A DNA stretch of 64,000 nucleotides from a virus, in the IMG/VR virus record IMGVR_UViG_3300050011_000542, positions 1 through 64,000 of that record. One strand, 5' to 3'. Shown here in pieces: positions 29,540-39,883 of the stretch; the stretch's first letter is position 1; every line of letters starts with the position of its first letter. The translations under genes and the position numbers were made by a program. Under the pieces are notes generated by a model. The model saw only the letters and a list, made by a program, of their open reading frames with translations, ran no database searches and was not told where the DNA came from.

Positions 29540-29913
29540 CGATTCCTCTGTTTCTATCGTCTCTGACGGTATTTCCCACGACTGTAGCCCAGCCCAGCTA
29601 CAACTCGTCGGAGGATCATACCCCGCGCGTGCTCACGGCGTCGTTCGGAGACGGCTATTCCCAAAGAAGCCTCGATGGAATCAATAATGATCCTGGGCTT
29701 TTCAATCTGGTGTGGACCAATCTGCTCGACGCAGAGAGTGACAACATCGTCAATTTCCTGTCGGCCCGCGCTGGAGTCGTAGCCTTTACTTGGACGCCTC
29801 CACGCGGGAGCGTGGCGATAGCCGTTACCTGTAAGAAGTGGAATAAGACGTGGACTGATGCTGGAGCCCAGCAGCTTACCGCTGAATTTAGACAGGTATT
29901 CGATATCACATGA
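29536..29913 (+). CDS. Distal tail protein (lambda gpM-like)
   Basis: FGDGYSQR..DGIN, FTWTPP, FRQVF. Confidence 0.9.
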   Translation: MTIPLFLSSLTVFPTTVAQPSYNSSEDHTPRVLTASFGDGYSQRSLDGINNDPGLFNLVWTNLLDAESDNIVNFLSARAGVVAFTWTPPRGSVAIAVTCKKWNKTWTDAGAQQLTAEFRQVFDIT

Positions 29914-30638
29914 CCAGTAACATCACGCTCGCCGTACAAACCCCGGCTCCTGGAGAGTACGTCGAGCTGTTCACTCTTAATGCCATCGCCATCGGCTCTG
30001 GGGTGTTTCATTTCACGCTTAGCGAGTTCTCGAATACGGCCCCGCTGCTTTTCAATGGCGTGTCGTACCCACCGCTTGATGTCGAGTTTACGGGTATGGA
30101 GACGACCTCGGTCGGGTCTATCCCGCAGCCGACGCTAAGGGTGAGAAACCATAATTACATCCTGTCGACGCTGATCGCTGATTTTGCTGATGGGGTCGGG
30201 GCCACACTCAGTCGGATACGTACCTTCGGGTGCTTTCTCGACGGCCAGCCGGAGGCCGACCCTAACGCTTACATCAGCCAAGACACCTTTATCATCGAGC
30301 AGAAAACCTCTGCCGATAATGTCGCCATCGAATGGAAGCTCTCTTCGGTGCTAGACCAGCAGGGCATGATGCTGCCGGCACGTAATGTGCTGCGGGACAC
30401 CTGTACGCTGGTCTATCGAATCTACGATAATAACCTGGGCGTGTTCGATTACAGCCGGGCAACTTGCCCGTATGTCGACGGCAATTATTTTACGATCCTA
30501 GATCAGTCGACCAATCTGCCTTTCAAGGACGAATGCAGCCACCTCCTGAGCGGTTGTAAGTTGCGGTTCGGCGGCAACCCGATACCTGCTTCTTTCTTCC
30601 CTGGAGCTGGGCGGTTCTCGTCTGGGTTCGGCGGCTAA
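29910..30638 (+). CDS. Tail tip protein (lambda gpL-like)
   Basis: VELF, PQPTL, RIRT...FLD, conserved Cys cluster C...C...CSHLLSGCKLRF. Confidence 0.9.
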   Translation: MTSNITLAVQTPAPGEYVELFTLNAIAIGSGVFHFTLSEFSNTAPLLFNGVSYPPLDVEFTGMETTSVGSIPQPTLRVRNHNYILSTLIADFADGVGATLSRIRTFGCFLDGQPEADPNAYISQDTFIIEQKTSADNVAIEWKLSSVLDQQGMMLPARNVLRDTCTLVYRIYDNNLGVFDYSRATCPYVDGNYFTILDQSTNLPFKDECSHLLSGCKLRFGGNPIPASFFPGAGRFSSGFGG

Positions 30639-31342
30639 TGTTCGATCCAGCGATCATTTCTGAAATCCGTAAGCACGCCCTGGACTGCTACCCGCACGAA
30701 TGCTGCGGGGCGGTGACCTCTGATGGCTATCTGCGCCAAGAGAACATCTCCGATACCCCAGAGAGCAATTTCAAGATAGACTCGGCCAAGGTGCGCGACC
30801 TCGATGTGAAAGCCTACGTGCATTCACACTGTGGCACCAGCCAGTCTCCTTCGACGCTCGACATGCAGCAACAGGTCGCTACAGCGGTGCCCTGGGGTAT
30901 TGTTGCTACGGACGGACATCAGGTTAGCGATGTGGTTTGGTGGGGCAGGGGAGCCCCGGTAGCACCACTGTTCGGCCGCAAGTTCATTCACGGCATCTGG
31001 GACTGCTACAGTCTGATCAGGGACTTCTACTCCGAGTACCTGAAGATAGAGATACCAGACTTTCCTCGTGAGGAAGGCTGGTGGATGAATGGGTTGGATT
31101 TATACCAAGAAGGCTTTACCAAGGCTGGGTTTATCAAGTTCGACGGCCCAATCACCGAGCTGCAAAGGGGCGATGTGTTTCTCATGCAAATCCGCAGCCA
31201 GGTGCGCAATCACGGCGGCGTGCTGTATGATGTCCACCAGGTAGCTCATCACCTGGCGGGGCGGTTGTCGACTCGTGAAGTTATGCCGGCGTACTGCAGA
31301 CGCCCTTCTACCGTGTGGTTGCGACACACAAGCAAAATCTAA
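30638..31342 (+). CDS. Tail assembly protein (lambda gpK-like; JAB plus NlpC/P60)
   Basis: PHECCG, VHSH, PS..D, GIWDCYSLIRD, NHGG. Confidence 0.9.
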   Translation: MFDPAIISEIRKHALDCYPHECCGAVTSDGYLRQENISDTPESNFKIDSAKVRDLDVKAYVHSHCGTSQSPSTLDMQQQVATAVPWGIVATDGHQVSDVVWWGRGAPVAPLFGRKFIHGIWDCYSLIRDFYSEYLKIEIPDFPREEGWWMNGLDLYQEGFTKAGFIKFDGPITELQRGDVFLMQIRSQVRNHGGVLYDVHQVAHHLAGRLSTREVMPAYCRRPSTVWLRHTSKI

Positions 31343-31403
31343 TTGCAATCAATTGCACTGAGTTTTACGCTCGCCCAGAGGTTTCTTGTGGGAGGGCGTA
31401 GTT

Positions 31404-31805
31404 ATGCGTAAGGTCGCTATTTTAATCTGCTGTTTTGCTATTTTCAGCTCAGCGAAAGCTGCCGATAAGATCATGAGAGATCACGATGCTGATAAATTCA
31501 TCACATCTGACTTCACAGTGCTGTGTGAATCGGCATTTTCACTGACTGAAGCCACTAAAGCTGCATCTAAAAGAGATAGTAATTGGCTCAAGCAGCTAAA
31601 TTGTGTTAAGGCCGACGCGGGTCTAGAAGTTACATTGGTAGAACCAGTTACCTGGTTCTTAAGCGATTTAACAATTCCATGGAAAGTCCGGGCTCCCACA
31701 AAAGACGGTAAAGGAGTTACGGTTTACGTCGATCATTCTGAACTTAGATGGCCTGACGGTAATTACATACACCCAAGCGCAAGCGAAGCTACTAAGCCTC
31801 AATGA
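31404..31805 (+). CDS. Secreted hypothetical protein (moron-like)
   Basis: Signal peptide MRKVAILICCFAIFSSAKA; AT-richer DNA. Confidence 0.65.
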   Translation: MRKVAILICCFAIFSSAKAADKIMRDHDADKFITSDFTVLCESAFSLTEATKAASKRDSNWLKQLNCVKADAGLEVTLVEPVTWFLSDLTIPWKVRAPTKDGKGVTVYVDHSELRWPDGNYIHPSASEATKPQ

Positions 31806-31812
31806 AATTGAA

Positions 31813-32208
31813 TTAAATAAGTCGATTAGAGATCACGTATTTATGGGCTATCTCGAACGAAGCCTCGTCTCCAATAATGATAAGGTTGTGTATTAGACGG
31901 GTTTCTAAATAGACATTTTTGCGAGCCTTGAAATTAAGTACGAGCATTTTCGGGGTACTGCGAACGATAGTTGCCTTAACGGCAATGCGCGGCTCAATCT
32001 TCTTTTGACGTGCCTGGGGCCGCCACGGCGTATTTTCAGAACTGGCTCTCATAAGGCGCAGGCCCCGTCTATCTTCTCGGCCATCGTTATCTGTCAACCA
32101 TCGCCATAGATGTACGCTGTATCCGACGATAAAAACCATGGCTACTACGGCCAGGGCGTACCACGTGAAGAAGTCGTCCACAGCCTTGCCTCCCCCTGCT
32201 GTGGCCAA
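31813..32208 (-). CDS. Hypothetical membrane-anchored protein
   Basis: Single TM segment; minus-strand ORF filling an otherwise empty gap. Confidence 0.5.
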   Translation of the reverse strand: MATAGGGKAVDDFFTWYALAVVAMVFIVGYSVHLWRWLTDNDGREDRRGLRLMRASSENTPWRPQARQKKIEPRIAVKATIVRSTPKMLVLNFKARKNVYLETRLIHNLIIIGDEASFEIAHKYVISNRLI

Positions 32209-32364
32209 GCCTATAGGTTGTGGTGGTAGGTTGCAAAGTGCCTTCGACGACTTTAGTAATCACATGACATGCACACAGAACACTAATGCTATAACCTAAC
32301 TATACTGCTCACGTACTCCAGATACGATCGGTTTGGTCAAAACAAACCAACTGGAGTAAGTAAG

Positions 32365-32547
32365 ATGTCTGTAGGAGAATTGATCGACAGCCTCTCCATG
32401 ATCGGAGATCAGTCTTTACCAGTTTTCTTAGACAGTGGGTGTGACTGCTCTGTAGTCTTAACCGACCGGGGCGTGTTGCTGGAGGATGACAGCCCTGAAT
32501 GGATGGGAGCTTGCTCCAAGTCCATGTTCTTTGCTCTTCACGCTTAG
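32365..32547 (+). CDS. Hypothetical protein
   Basis: GGAG RBS. Confidence 0.55.
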   Translation: MSVGELIDSLSMIGDQSLPVFLDSGCDCSVVLTDRGVLLEDDSPEWMGACSKSMFFALHA

Positions 32548-32556
32548 GAGGGCGAT

Positions 32557-33075
32557 GTGAAAAAGCAAAAATGGATTGATCGCCTAGGCGAGCTGGTGAA
32601 GCTACAGCATCAGGTATACCTGGACATGGGCGAAGCTCTCAAAGAGGTGAGGGCGAGAACCTCGTCTTATGAGTACGCTGAAATCCTGACTCGGTTGGGG
32701 CTCAGCTATCGGCGAGCCAGATATTTTATCATCCTGTATGAGACGGCTGAGCGGCTTGAGATCACCCGAGAGGACAGCCTGCAACTAGGCTGGACCAAGT
32801 TCTCTATCATCGCCCCGATCCTGACGGCTAGTAACAAGGATGCTTGGGTCGAGACTGCCAGGGCCACAACCGTATTAGAACTTCGAGCCTTGGTACGTAA
32901 AGCTCTCGGGGAAATCGACGGTGGTGAGATAGGCGTCTCCTTCGTGCTCACGAAAAATCAGGAAGCTCGCTTGTTTAATGCCTTGGTACAGGCCGGAGCG
33001 GTGCAGCACGGCTGCGGTCTGCTGTTCAAAGGGGAGGCTTTGGACGTTATTATCTCTGACTGGCTAGGGACGTAG
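32557..33075 (+). CDS. Putative HTH DNA-binding protein
   Basis: MGEALKEVR...LGLSYRRARYFI...LGWTK pattern; AGGAGG RBS. Confidence 0.5.
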   Translation: MKKQKWIDRLGELVKLQHQVYLDMGEALKEVRARTSSYEYAEILTRLGLSYRRARYFIILYETAERLEITREDSLQLGWTKFSIIAPILTASNKDAWVETARATTVLELRALVRKALGEIDGGEIGVSFVLTKNQEARLFNALVQAGAVQHGCGLLFKGEALDVIISDWLGT

Positions 33076-33115
33076 GCGTTGCACTTGATTGCAATGAACA
33101 CGACCACGGAGGGTT

Positions 33116-33754
33116 GTGTTGCGGGACGTAGTGCTCCACGGATTCCTTAAGGATAAGTACGGTGGACCGTTTCGCTTAAATGCGAATACGCCACGACAAG
33201 TTGTGTCTTTGCTGTCGGCCAATTTCCCAGAGTTCGACCAAGACATCAGGCAGGGCCACTATCGAGTGGTTCGAGGCGATTTCGACACCGGCATGGAACT
33301 GACTGTCGACTTGCTTGGTATGAGCCTGGGCAACGCTACGTTGCACCTCGAACCCATTATCGAAGGCGCGGCCTCGGGGTCAGGCAAGGGCATCGCCAAG
33401 GCTGTGATCGGCGTAGCGCTTATTGCTGCAGCGGTCTTTCAGCCAGAATTTCTCGGGTTCGGAGCAAGTGGCCTAAGTGTCTTTGGAACAGGGCTATCGA
33501 TCCCAGCTGCCAGCATCGGCATGTTTGGCCTTGCCTTGGCGGTTAGCGGCGTGGCCCAGGCCATCTCACCGACCCCGACAGGTAAGGTAGACCCCCACGC
33601 CTCATTCCTGTTTGGTTCGATCCAAAACATAACCCAGCAGGGCAGCTCAATCCCCCTGACCTACGGTCGTATCCGAGTGGGCTCTATCATGATTTCGGCT
33701 GACATCCAGACCACTGACGACATTCAAGACACCCCTGGGTTCACCACGAAATGA
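33116..33754 (+). CDS. Tail assembly protein (lambda gpI-like)
   Basis: LHGFL, N-terminal ubiquitin-like part, hydrophobic middle, QGSSIPLTYGR..VGS. Confidence 0.9.
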   Translation: MLRDVVLHGFLKDKYGGPFRLNANTPRQVVSLLSANFPEFDQDIRQGHYRVVRGDFDTGMELTVDLLGMSLGNATLHLEPIIEGAASGSGKGIAKAVIGVALIAAAVFQPEFLGFGASGLSVFGTGLSIPAASIGMFGLALAVSGVAQAISPTPTGKVDPHASFLFGSIQNITQQGSSIPLTYGRIRVGSIMISADIQTTDDIQDTPGFTTK

Positions 33755-36700
33755 CCTCGAAAATCATCGACTTTACCGAGGTCGACGGCGTATTTGTCGA
33801 AGGCAGCAAGGGCAGCAGCAAGAGCGGCGGCGGTAATTCCCCAGGTGTGTCTTCGAGTGGCGGTATCGAAGCCCCGAATACGCTGCAGAACAATACTTTT
33901 GCTGTTTGCGTAGACCTTATCGGGGAAGGCCCTATCCTGGGCTTGTACGACTCTGTGATTACGGCCCTGGGGGGTGGTAACGGAAGCGGGGCCAAGTCGG
34001 TTTACTTTAACAATGTGCCGTTTGTATCGCCCATCGGGGATCAGAATTTCTTCGGGGCAATCTTTGGCTTTCGTAATGGCGTGCCCGGCCAGGACGTAAT
34101 GCCTGGAGTGGTGACCGCCTCTAATGAGGTTTCGGTCAATACCAACGTCACTCAGACGGTCGGCCCGATTGTCAGGACGGTCACGGATAGCACCGTCACG
34201 GCGGTACGGGTTACGATTGAAATTCCGGCGCTTTATCATTTGGTTACAGGCACTGGCGATGTCACAGGCACAGACCTAGAAATCACCGTCGAAATCCAGA
34301 CCGGAGGCGGTGCCTACGCCAACGTCATTACCGACTCGATAGTTAATCAGAAATGTACCAGTCCTTATGAGCGCAGCTATACGATCGCTCTGGGAGACGG
34401 GTCGGTAGGCAGTGGCCCTTGGAACATCAGGGTTACTCGCATCACCCCAGACAGCACCGACAGCAACCTGGTCAATGCTTTTGCCTGGGCCGGCTACACC
34501 GAAATAACTTCTGGAAATTTCCCGTACCCTAATTGCGCTGTCATAGCCACCAGCTTTAATGCTCAGTTGTTCGGTACGCAGGTGCCTACCCGTAGTTTTG
34601 ACGTGCTAGGTTTGATCGTCGATATACCGTCCAATTATGATCCGGTTGCTCATGTCTATACGGGTGTTTGGGATGGTACATTTATTCAAGGTTGGACGAA
34701 CAACCCTGTCTGGGTGCTGCTAGACCTCTTGCTGAATCCTCGCTACGGCCTGGGCCAGCGGGTGTCGCTAGACAACATCGACATCGGTAGCTTCTACTTG
34801 GCGGCGCAATACTGCGATGTGCAAATTCCAGACGGTAAAGGTGGCCTGGAGTTTCGCTACACCTTCAATGGTCAGATCACCCAGCAGAACGACGCTTACA
34901 AAGTGCTGCAATCGGTTGCATCGAGTTTCCGGGGCATTTTGTTTTGGACCAACGGCACGGTTTACCTCAAGGCGGATATGCCGACCCTGCCAGTTGCCCT
35001 GGTCGCCCCGGCCAATGTTATAGACGGCAAATTCACTTATAGTGGTTCGGCCCTGAAGTCGCGCCATACCGCCGCCCTGGTGACTTTCAAAGACCCGCTC
35101 AACAACTACGATGACACGGTAGAGTTTGTCGTCGATAACCCAGGCATTCAAGAACTAGGCTATCGCCAGATTAACATCGTTGCTTTCGGTTGTACCTCGC
35201 GGGGCCAAGCTCATCGCTTCGGGGCCTGGATACTCGATACTGAAAGAACCCAGACTGAGACTGTCGTTTATCAGGCGTCTTTCGATCAGTGCTTCTTAAA
35301 GCCTGGTGATGTTGTTTACATTGCTGACCCAGCTTATTCCGGGGCGCGCTACGGCGGCCGTATCGTCAACTACGTGAATAGCGGTGGCACCGACCTAGTA
35401 ACCATCGACCAGACCCTGAACCTCGACGGAAATCAGACCTATCAGCTGCAATTCGTTAAGCAGGATCAAACTATGATCCCGCTAACCACCATTCTCAATC
35501 CTGGTGGTACGTGGAACGTAATGACGATTGCTGCCCAGGGCCTGTCGCCTCTAAAGAACGCGATGTGGATGATCACATCGTCCAATCTACAGCCCCGGCA
35601 GTTCCAGGTACAAAGCCTGCGTGAAGTTTCGCGTGGCATCATCGAAATCACGGCCCTGTTCTATGACCCTAACAAGTTTGCTCGTGTCGAAGAAGGCGTC
35701 ACTGTTACTACGCCGGTTTATACGAATTTCCCGGTTACGCCTCCGGTGCCGCCTTCAAACCTCTCTGTCATAGAGTCAGACTACATCGCCAATGGCGTAG
35801 CGGTAAGCCGACTCACTTTTGGCTGGTCGCCTTCGACAGACGTGCTGGCCTTCAAATACGGCGTGTACTACGAAGACCCGAGCCATCAGGTTGTAAACCT
35901 ACCTCTGACTTCACAATTTGCTATTTCGGTCGATCCGGCTCAGCTCGGTCCGTACACATTCAATGTGTTCTGCTTGACCACGGACGGCAGGCAGTCGATC
36001 GTCTCTGCAATCACAGTTACCTGCACGGGAAAGTCGACGGCCCCGGCCCCGCCAAGCGGTATTACGCTATTCGGAGGATCACACCAGATCACCATCAAGT
36101 GGGTGATCCCGCCTAACCTGGATTATGCCTATACCGAAGTCTGGGCTTCCCAGACTAATGACATCGCAACTGTTACATTGATAGGACTGGCGGCTGCCGG
36201 ATCGTTCATTTTCACTGGCCTGGCCAATAGTGCGACTTGGTATTTCTGGTTGAAGTCGGTTGACCAGTCCGGCAATCATAGTGCGTTTACCTCGCCGTCA
36301 GTTCATGCGACCACGGTTTACCTGATCGCCGACGATATTGCTGACGCCTTGCTAACTACGGCGGCCTTCGCCCAAAGCATTAAAGCCCCGGCAGTTGTAA
36401 ACGGTCTGCCAAATCCGCTAACCTGGGGCGGTAATACCTTCGTCTACAACACCTTGGACGGTAAGCTCTATAACCTGATATCGGGGGCTTGGGTTAAGAT
36501 CTACTCGGACAATAACTCGACCACTATGACCAACCTCAATGCTGCGTTCTTCAGCTTGGGAATCAACATTCCGGCAGTGGTAACCAGCCTTCCTGTGACC
36601 GGCACTGAAGGCCAGACAGTTACTCTGACCACAGATGGCAAGCTTTATCGCTGGCATAGCGGAGCTTGGACGGTTACCACTGACGGCGTTGATATAGCTG

Positions 36701-37590
36701 CCAGGTCGATCGCAGCAAACAAGCTTATTGTTGGCACAATCACTGCTAATGAGATTGCTGCGAACACGATTACAGCTGGCCTCATCGCAGCCAATACCAT
36801 TACCGCAGGTCAGATCGCTGCCGGTGCAATCGGGGCGGCCCAGATTGCCGCCGGGTCGATTAGAGGCACAAACATAGCCTCGAATACCATCACTGGCGAT
36901 TTGATAGAAGCCAATACGATTGATTGTATCTCGCTAAAGAGTTCAACCATATCGTCGGTAGATATATTTGTAGGTAACCCTAATGGATCTGCGTATATCA
37001 AGCTACATGCCCTGGACGACGGCAACGGCTGGGGTCCATATATGGAAGTTGTCGATGCCAATAGCATTGTAAGAGTAGCAATCGGGCGTATCGCGGGAGA
37101 CTACGGTATCTTTATTGCTGACCATTTTGGTAGCCCAGTCCTCTTGGAGACTGGCGTTTTAGGAAACGACATCGTTGGTTTCGGTCAAATCATCAACGGT
37201 AACGTCAATACCAATCATCTAGCTATCTCTACTGTTACCAATGTAGCTTCTGATGTCAGTGCTAGTGGTGTCACTACGTCGTCTTGGGTGTCTTTCTCCA
37301 GTGTAACACTGAGTTTTTCTGGGCAAAACGCCCTCGTTATGTTTTCCGCTATAAGTGATTACAACAATAATGGATCGGCAATATATCTTCTTAATGGGCG
37401 TATTGTGTTGGACGGAAGCACTGTAGTTTGGTCAGGGGTTGTTACATCCGGATCTCCTATTGTCGGGTCAGTTAGTGTGCCTGGTATTTCTGGCAGTCAT
37501 ACTTTCGATTTTGAACTGCAGAACGGCTCTACAGGTATAGCTATCGTCGTACATACCGTCAGCATGATTGTTATGGATGCAAAACGATGA
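33751..37590 (+). CDS. Central tail fibre/host specificity protein (lambda gpJ-like)
   Basis: DLIGEGPI, WDGTF..WTNNP.W, RYGLG, GCTSRGQAHR.G.W, FN3 domains, C-terminal ITA..IAA repeats. Confidence 0.95.
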   Translation: MTSKIIDFTEVDGVFVEGSKGSSKSGGGNSPGVSSSGGIEAPNTLQNNTFAVCVDLIGEGPILGLYDSVITALGGGNGSGAKSVYFNNVPFVSPIGDQNFFGAIFGFRNGVPGQDVMPGVVTASNEVSVNTNVTQTVGPIVRTVTDSTVTAVRVTIEIPALYHLVTGTGDVTGTDLEITVEIQTGGGAYANVITDSIVNQKCTSPYERSYTIALGDGSVGSGPWNIRVTRITPDSTDSNLVNAFAWAGYTEITSGNFPYPNCAVIATSFNAQLFGTQVPTRSFDVLGLIVDIPSNYDPVAHVYTGVWDGTFIQGWTNNPVWVLLDLLLNPRYGLGQRVSLDNIDIGSFYLAAQYCDVQIPDGKGGLEFRYTFNGQITQQNDAYKVLQSVASSFRGILFWTNGTVYLKADMPTLPVALVAPANVIDGKFTYSGSALKSRHTAALVTFKDPLNNYDDTVEFVVDNPGIQELGYRQINIVAFGCTSRGQAHRFGAWILDTERTQTETVVYQASFDQCFLKPGDVVYIADPAYSGARYGGRIVNYVNSGGTDLVTIDQTLNLDGNQTYQLQFVKQDQTMIPLTTILNPGGTWNVMTIAAQGLSPLKNAMWMITSSNLQPRQFQVQSLREVSRGIIEITALFYDPNKFARVEEGVTVTTPVYTNFPVTPPVPPSNLSVIESDYIANGVAVSRLTFGWSPSTDVLAFKYGVYYEDPSHQVVNLPLTSQFAISVDPAQLGPYTFNVFCLTTDGRQSIVSAITVTCTGKSTAPAPPSGITLFGGSHQITIKWVIPPNLDYAYTEVWASQTNDIATVTLIGLAAAGSFIFTGLANSATWYFWLKSVDQSGNHSAFTSPSVHATTVYLIADDIADALLTTAAFAQSIKAPAVVNGLPNPLTWGGNTFVYNTLDGKLYNLISGAWVKIYSDNNSTTMTNLNAAFFSLGINIPAVVTSLPVTGTEGQTVTLTTDGKLYRWHSGAWTVTTDGVDIAARSIAANKLIVGTITANEIAANTITAGLIAANTITAGQIAAGAIGAAQIAAGSIRGTNIASNTITGDLIEANTIDCISLKSSTISSVDIFVGNPNGSAYIKLHALDDGNGWGPYMEVVDANSIVRVAIGRIAGDYGIFIADHFGSPVLLETGVLGNDIVGFGQIINGNVNTNHLAISTVTNVASDVSASGVTTSSWVSFSSVTLSFSGQNALVMFSAISDYNNNGSAIYLLNGRIVLDGSTVVWSGVVTSGSPIVGSVSVPGISGSHTFDFELQNGSTGIAIVVHTVSMIVMDAKR

Positions 37591-37802
37591 GTAATGAAAT
37601 GCCACCTGTTGTTAAGCAGGTTAATTATGTGTTGGTTGACGGCTCTGGAGCAATCACTCGGGCCGGGCACTGTCTGGAAAGTAATTTAGAGCTAAAGCCT
37701 ATACCAGCGGGGCTGTCTCTGATCCAGACAGACCAGATGCTGCACCCGCCGTCTTGGTCACAGTACCAGGCCGTAGACGGAGTTATCACCAAGATCGCCT
37801 AA
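37587..37802 (+). CDS. Hypothetical protein
   Basis: ATGA-coupled to gpJ. Confidence 0.6.
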   Translation: MSNEMPPVVKQVNYVLVDGSGAITRAGHCLESNLELKPIPAGLSLIQTDQMLHPPSWSQYQAVDGVITKIA

Positions 37803-37874
37803 ATCGCCGCCGTTTTAAGGATGTGAGCACGGGATAGCCCCGTTGCAACTGATTGCAGCTCGGAGGCCCTCATC

Positions 37875-38312
37875 ATGGCGGATAACAATCCGAAGGAAGT
37901 CCCCCCGCGTTATTGGGTAGACCCCGGAGCTCCGGTAGAACACGAGCGCCCAGATCATAGAAATGAAATGAAGCGAGATTGGGTTGGTTATGTCATCCAG
38001 TCTGTAGCTATCTGTTTTACCGTCGTCGCAGCTATTTTTGTTTACTCCTGGCACATCGATGCACGGTTCGATGACCTGTCTCATAAATGGGACAACAGAT
38101 TTGGCGAACACACTGGTTTGATTTCTTCTCTGCAGACGCAACAGGCCACGCTGCAGGCCCAGCAACTCGGGTTACAGCATCAGTTCGAAACTGCCGAAAC
38201 CAGGCACAATAGCTTTGAAGGCGAAGTATCGCGCAAGCTTGATTCAGGCATGAACCAACTGGGTACGATTGCCACGGATCTGGCGCTTCTCCGCAAGGAG
38301 ATTAAACATTGA
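37875..38312 (+). CDS. Membrane protein with coiled coil (holin/i-spanin-like)
   Basis: One TM helix followed by coiled coil. Confidence 0.5.
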   Translation: MADNNPKEVPPRYWVDPGAPVEHERPDHRNEMKRDWVGYVIQSVAICFTVVAAIFVYSWHIDARFDDLSHKWDNRFGEHTGLISSLQTQQATLQAQQLGLQHQFETAETRHNSFEGEVSRKLDSGMNQLGTIATDLALLRKEIKH

Positions 38313-38551
38313 AAATTTTCCTAGCGCCGGTCCTTGTCGGGCTCTTGCTAGGAGCCTGCGCCGCCGACCGGCCCCGGCCTATCGAAATTAAAGGCCCTCT
38401 CGTAGATGGCCCAGTTGCCGACGCTTCACCTGCGCGCCGAACTGCCCCGTCAAATACCACCGAAACTGATTATCGAATTGATAAGCTTGAGAATTCCGTT
38501 CAGCAATTGAAAGACACGTTGTCGGCGCCCCCAGCGCCACAAGGCCACTGA
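38309..38551 (+). CDS. Small lipoprotein (o-spanin-like)
   Basis: Lipobox LLLGAC, Pro-rich, overlaps the preceding gene. Confidence 0.5.
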   Translation: MKIFLAPVLVGLLLGACAADRPRPIEIKGPLVDGPVADASPARRTAPSNTTETDYRIDKLENSVQQLKDTLSAPPAPQGH

Positions 38552-38567
38552 CCAATGAGGGTCTACC

Positions 38568-39860
38568 TTGCGAGATTTCAAAACTGTAGCTGAAGCCGAG
38601 GCGTTTCTTCAGGTCGCCTCCGAATTCCCCTCCAAGGCTGAATTCGCCAGGCACTTAGGCAAGTCAGTCACTACCGTAAAAGACACGCTGACTAGAGCAA
38701 AGCGCCTAGTACAAAAAGGTGACGAGCCAATCAGGCCGATGCCTGAAGTGCCAGAGGAAGCCGAAGAGCCCAAAATAGACCCTGCTGAACATGAGCGCTT
38801 GCGCCGGGCCAATGTTCGCCTCGAAACCCAGCAGCGCCATCTCACCACTAGGCTGCGCGAGCTCGACCAAGACAATCTGTCGGCCGAGCATGTGCGTGAG
38901 GCCATTTTCCATCTCAAAGCCGAAAGCTCGCTGCCCCCCGATTGGCTGATCGACGACCGTCCCGGTAAGGGTGTGTCTGGAGTTCCTTGCACCATCTGGA
39001 GTGACTGGCATCTCGGGGAAGTAGTCTCTCGGGCCGAGACCAACGGCATCAACGAATTCAACCTGTCGATCGCCGACACACGAATTCGCCGCCTAGTTAG
39101 CAGGACGATCGACCTTTGTTTTAACCACATGACCGGCACTGACTATCCGGGGCTGGTTGTAAACTTGATTGGCGACATCGTTTCCGGCTCGATCCACGAC
39201 GAGCTGACCCGTACCAATGAGATTACTTCTCTGCAGGTGGTTGTCTGGGCCAGGGACCGGATCTGCTGGGCACTGTCACAAATGGCCGACAAGTTCGGCA
39301 AAGTGTTCGTGATCGGCGTCCCCGGAAACCATGGTCGTACCACCAAGCGCATCGAGTCCAAGACCTTCGTCTACCAGAACTACGACTGGCTGATCTACAC
39401 GCTGTGTGAAGCCTACTTCAAAGAGGCCGGAGACGAGCGCGTGCGCTTCTATGTGCCGGTGTCAGGTGACGCTTATTACAATGTCTACTCGCATCGCTAC
39501 CTGGCGATCCACGGCCATGATCTGGGCGTTAAAGGCGGGGACGGCATTATCGGTGCGCTAGGCCCCATCCAACGCGGGGCCATTAAGACGCAGCATAGCT
39601 CGTCTCAAGTGCAGCGTGATTTCGATACCTTGCTGCTGGGCCATTGGCATCAAGAACTATGGCTTCCCAAGGTTTTCGTGAACAATACTCTCAAGGGATT
39701 CGACGAATTTGCCCTGAAATTCCTGCGCGCCCCGGCATCTGCACCGAGCCAATCCCTGTGGTTCACTCACCCTAAGCATGGAATCACCGCCAGGTGGTCC
39801 GTTTTCCTTGAGGATCGTCAGCGCGTAGATAACCCAGAATGGGTGTCCTGGGCGTCCTGA
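38568..39860 (+). CDS. Calcineurin-like metallophosphoesterase with N-terminal HTH/coiled coil
   Basis: SDWH, GDIVSG, GNHGR, HGHD, GHWH motifs. Confidence 0.85.
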   Translation: MRDFKTVAEAEAFLQVASEFPSKAEFARHLGKSVTTVKDTLTRAKRLVQKGDEPIRPMPEVPEEAEEPKIDPAEHERLRRANVRLETQQRHLTTRLRELDQDNLSAEHVREAIFHLKAESSLPPDWLIDDRPGKGVSGVPCTIWSDWHLGEVVSRAETNGINEFNLSIADTRIRRLVSRTIDLCFNHMTGTDYPGLVVNLIGDIVSGSIHDELTRTNEITSLQVVVWARDRICWALSQMADKFGKVFVIGVPGNHGRTTKRIESKTFVYQNYDWLIYTLCEAYFKEAGDERVRFYVPVSGDAYYNVYSHRYLAIHGHDLGVKGGDGIIGALGPIQRGAIKTQHSSSQVQRDFDTLLLGHWHQELWLPKVFVNNTLKGFDEFALKFLRAPASAPSQSLWFTHPKHGITARWSVFLEDRQRVDNPEWVSWAS

Positions 39861-39883
39861 TCTGCTGAACAGGAACGCACCCC

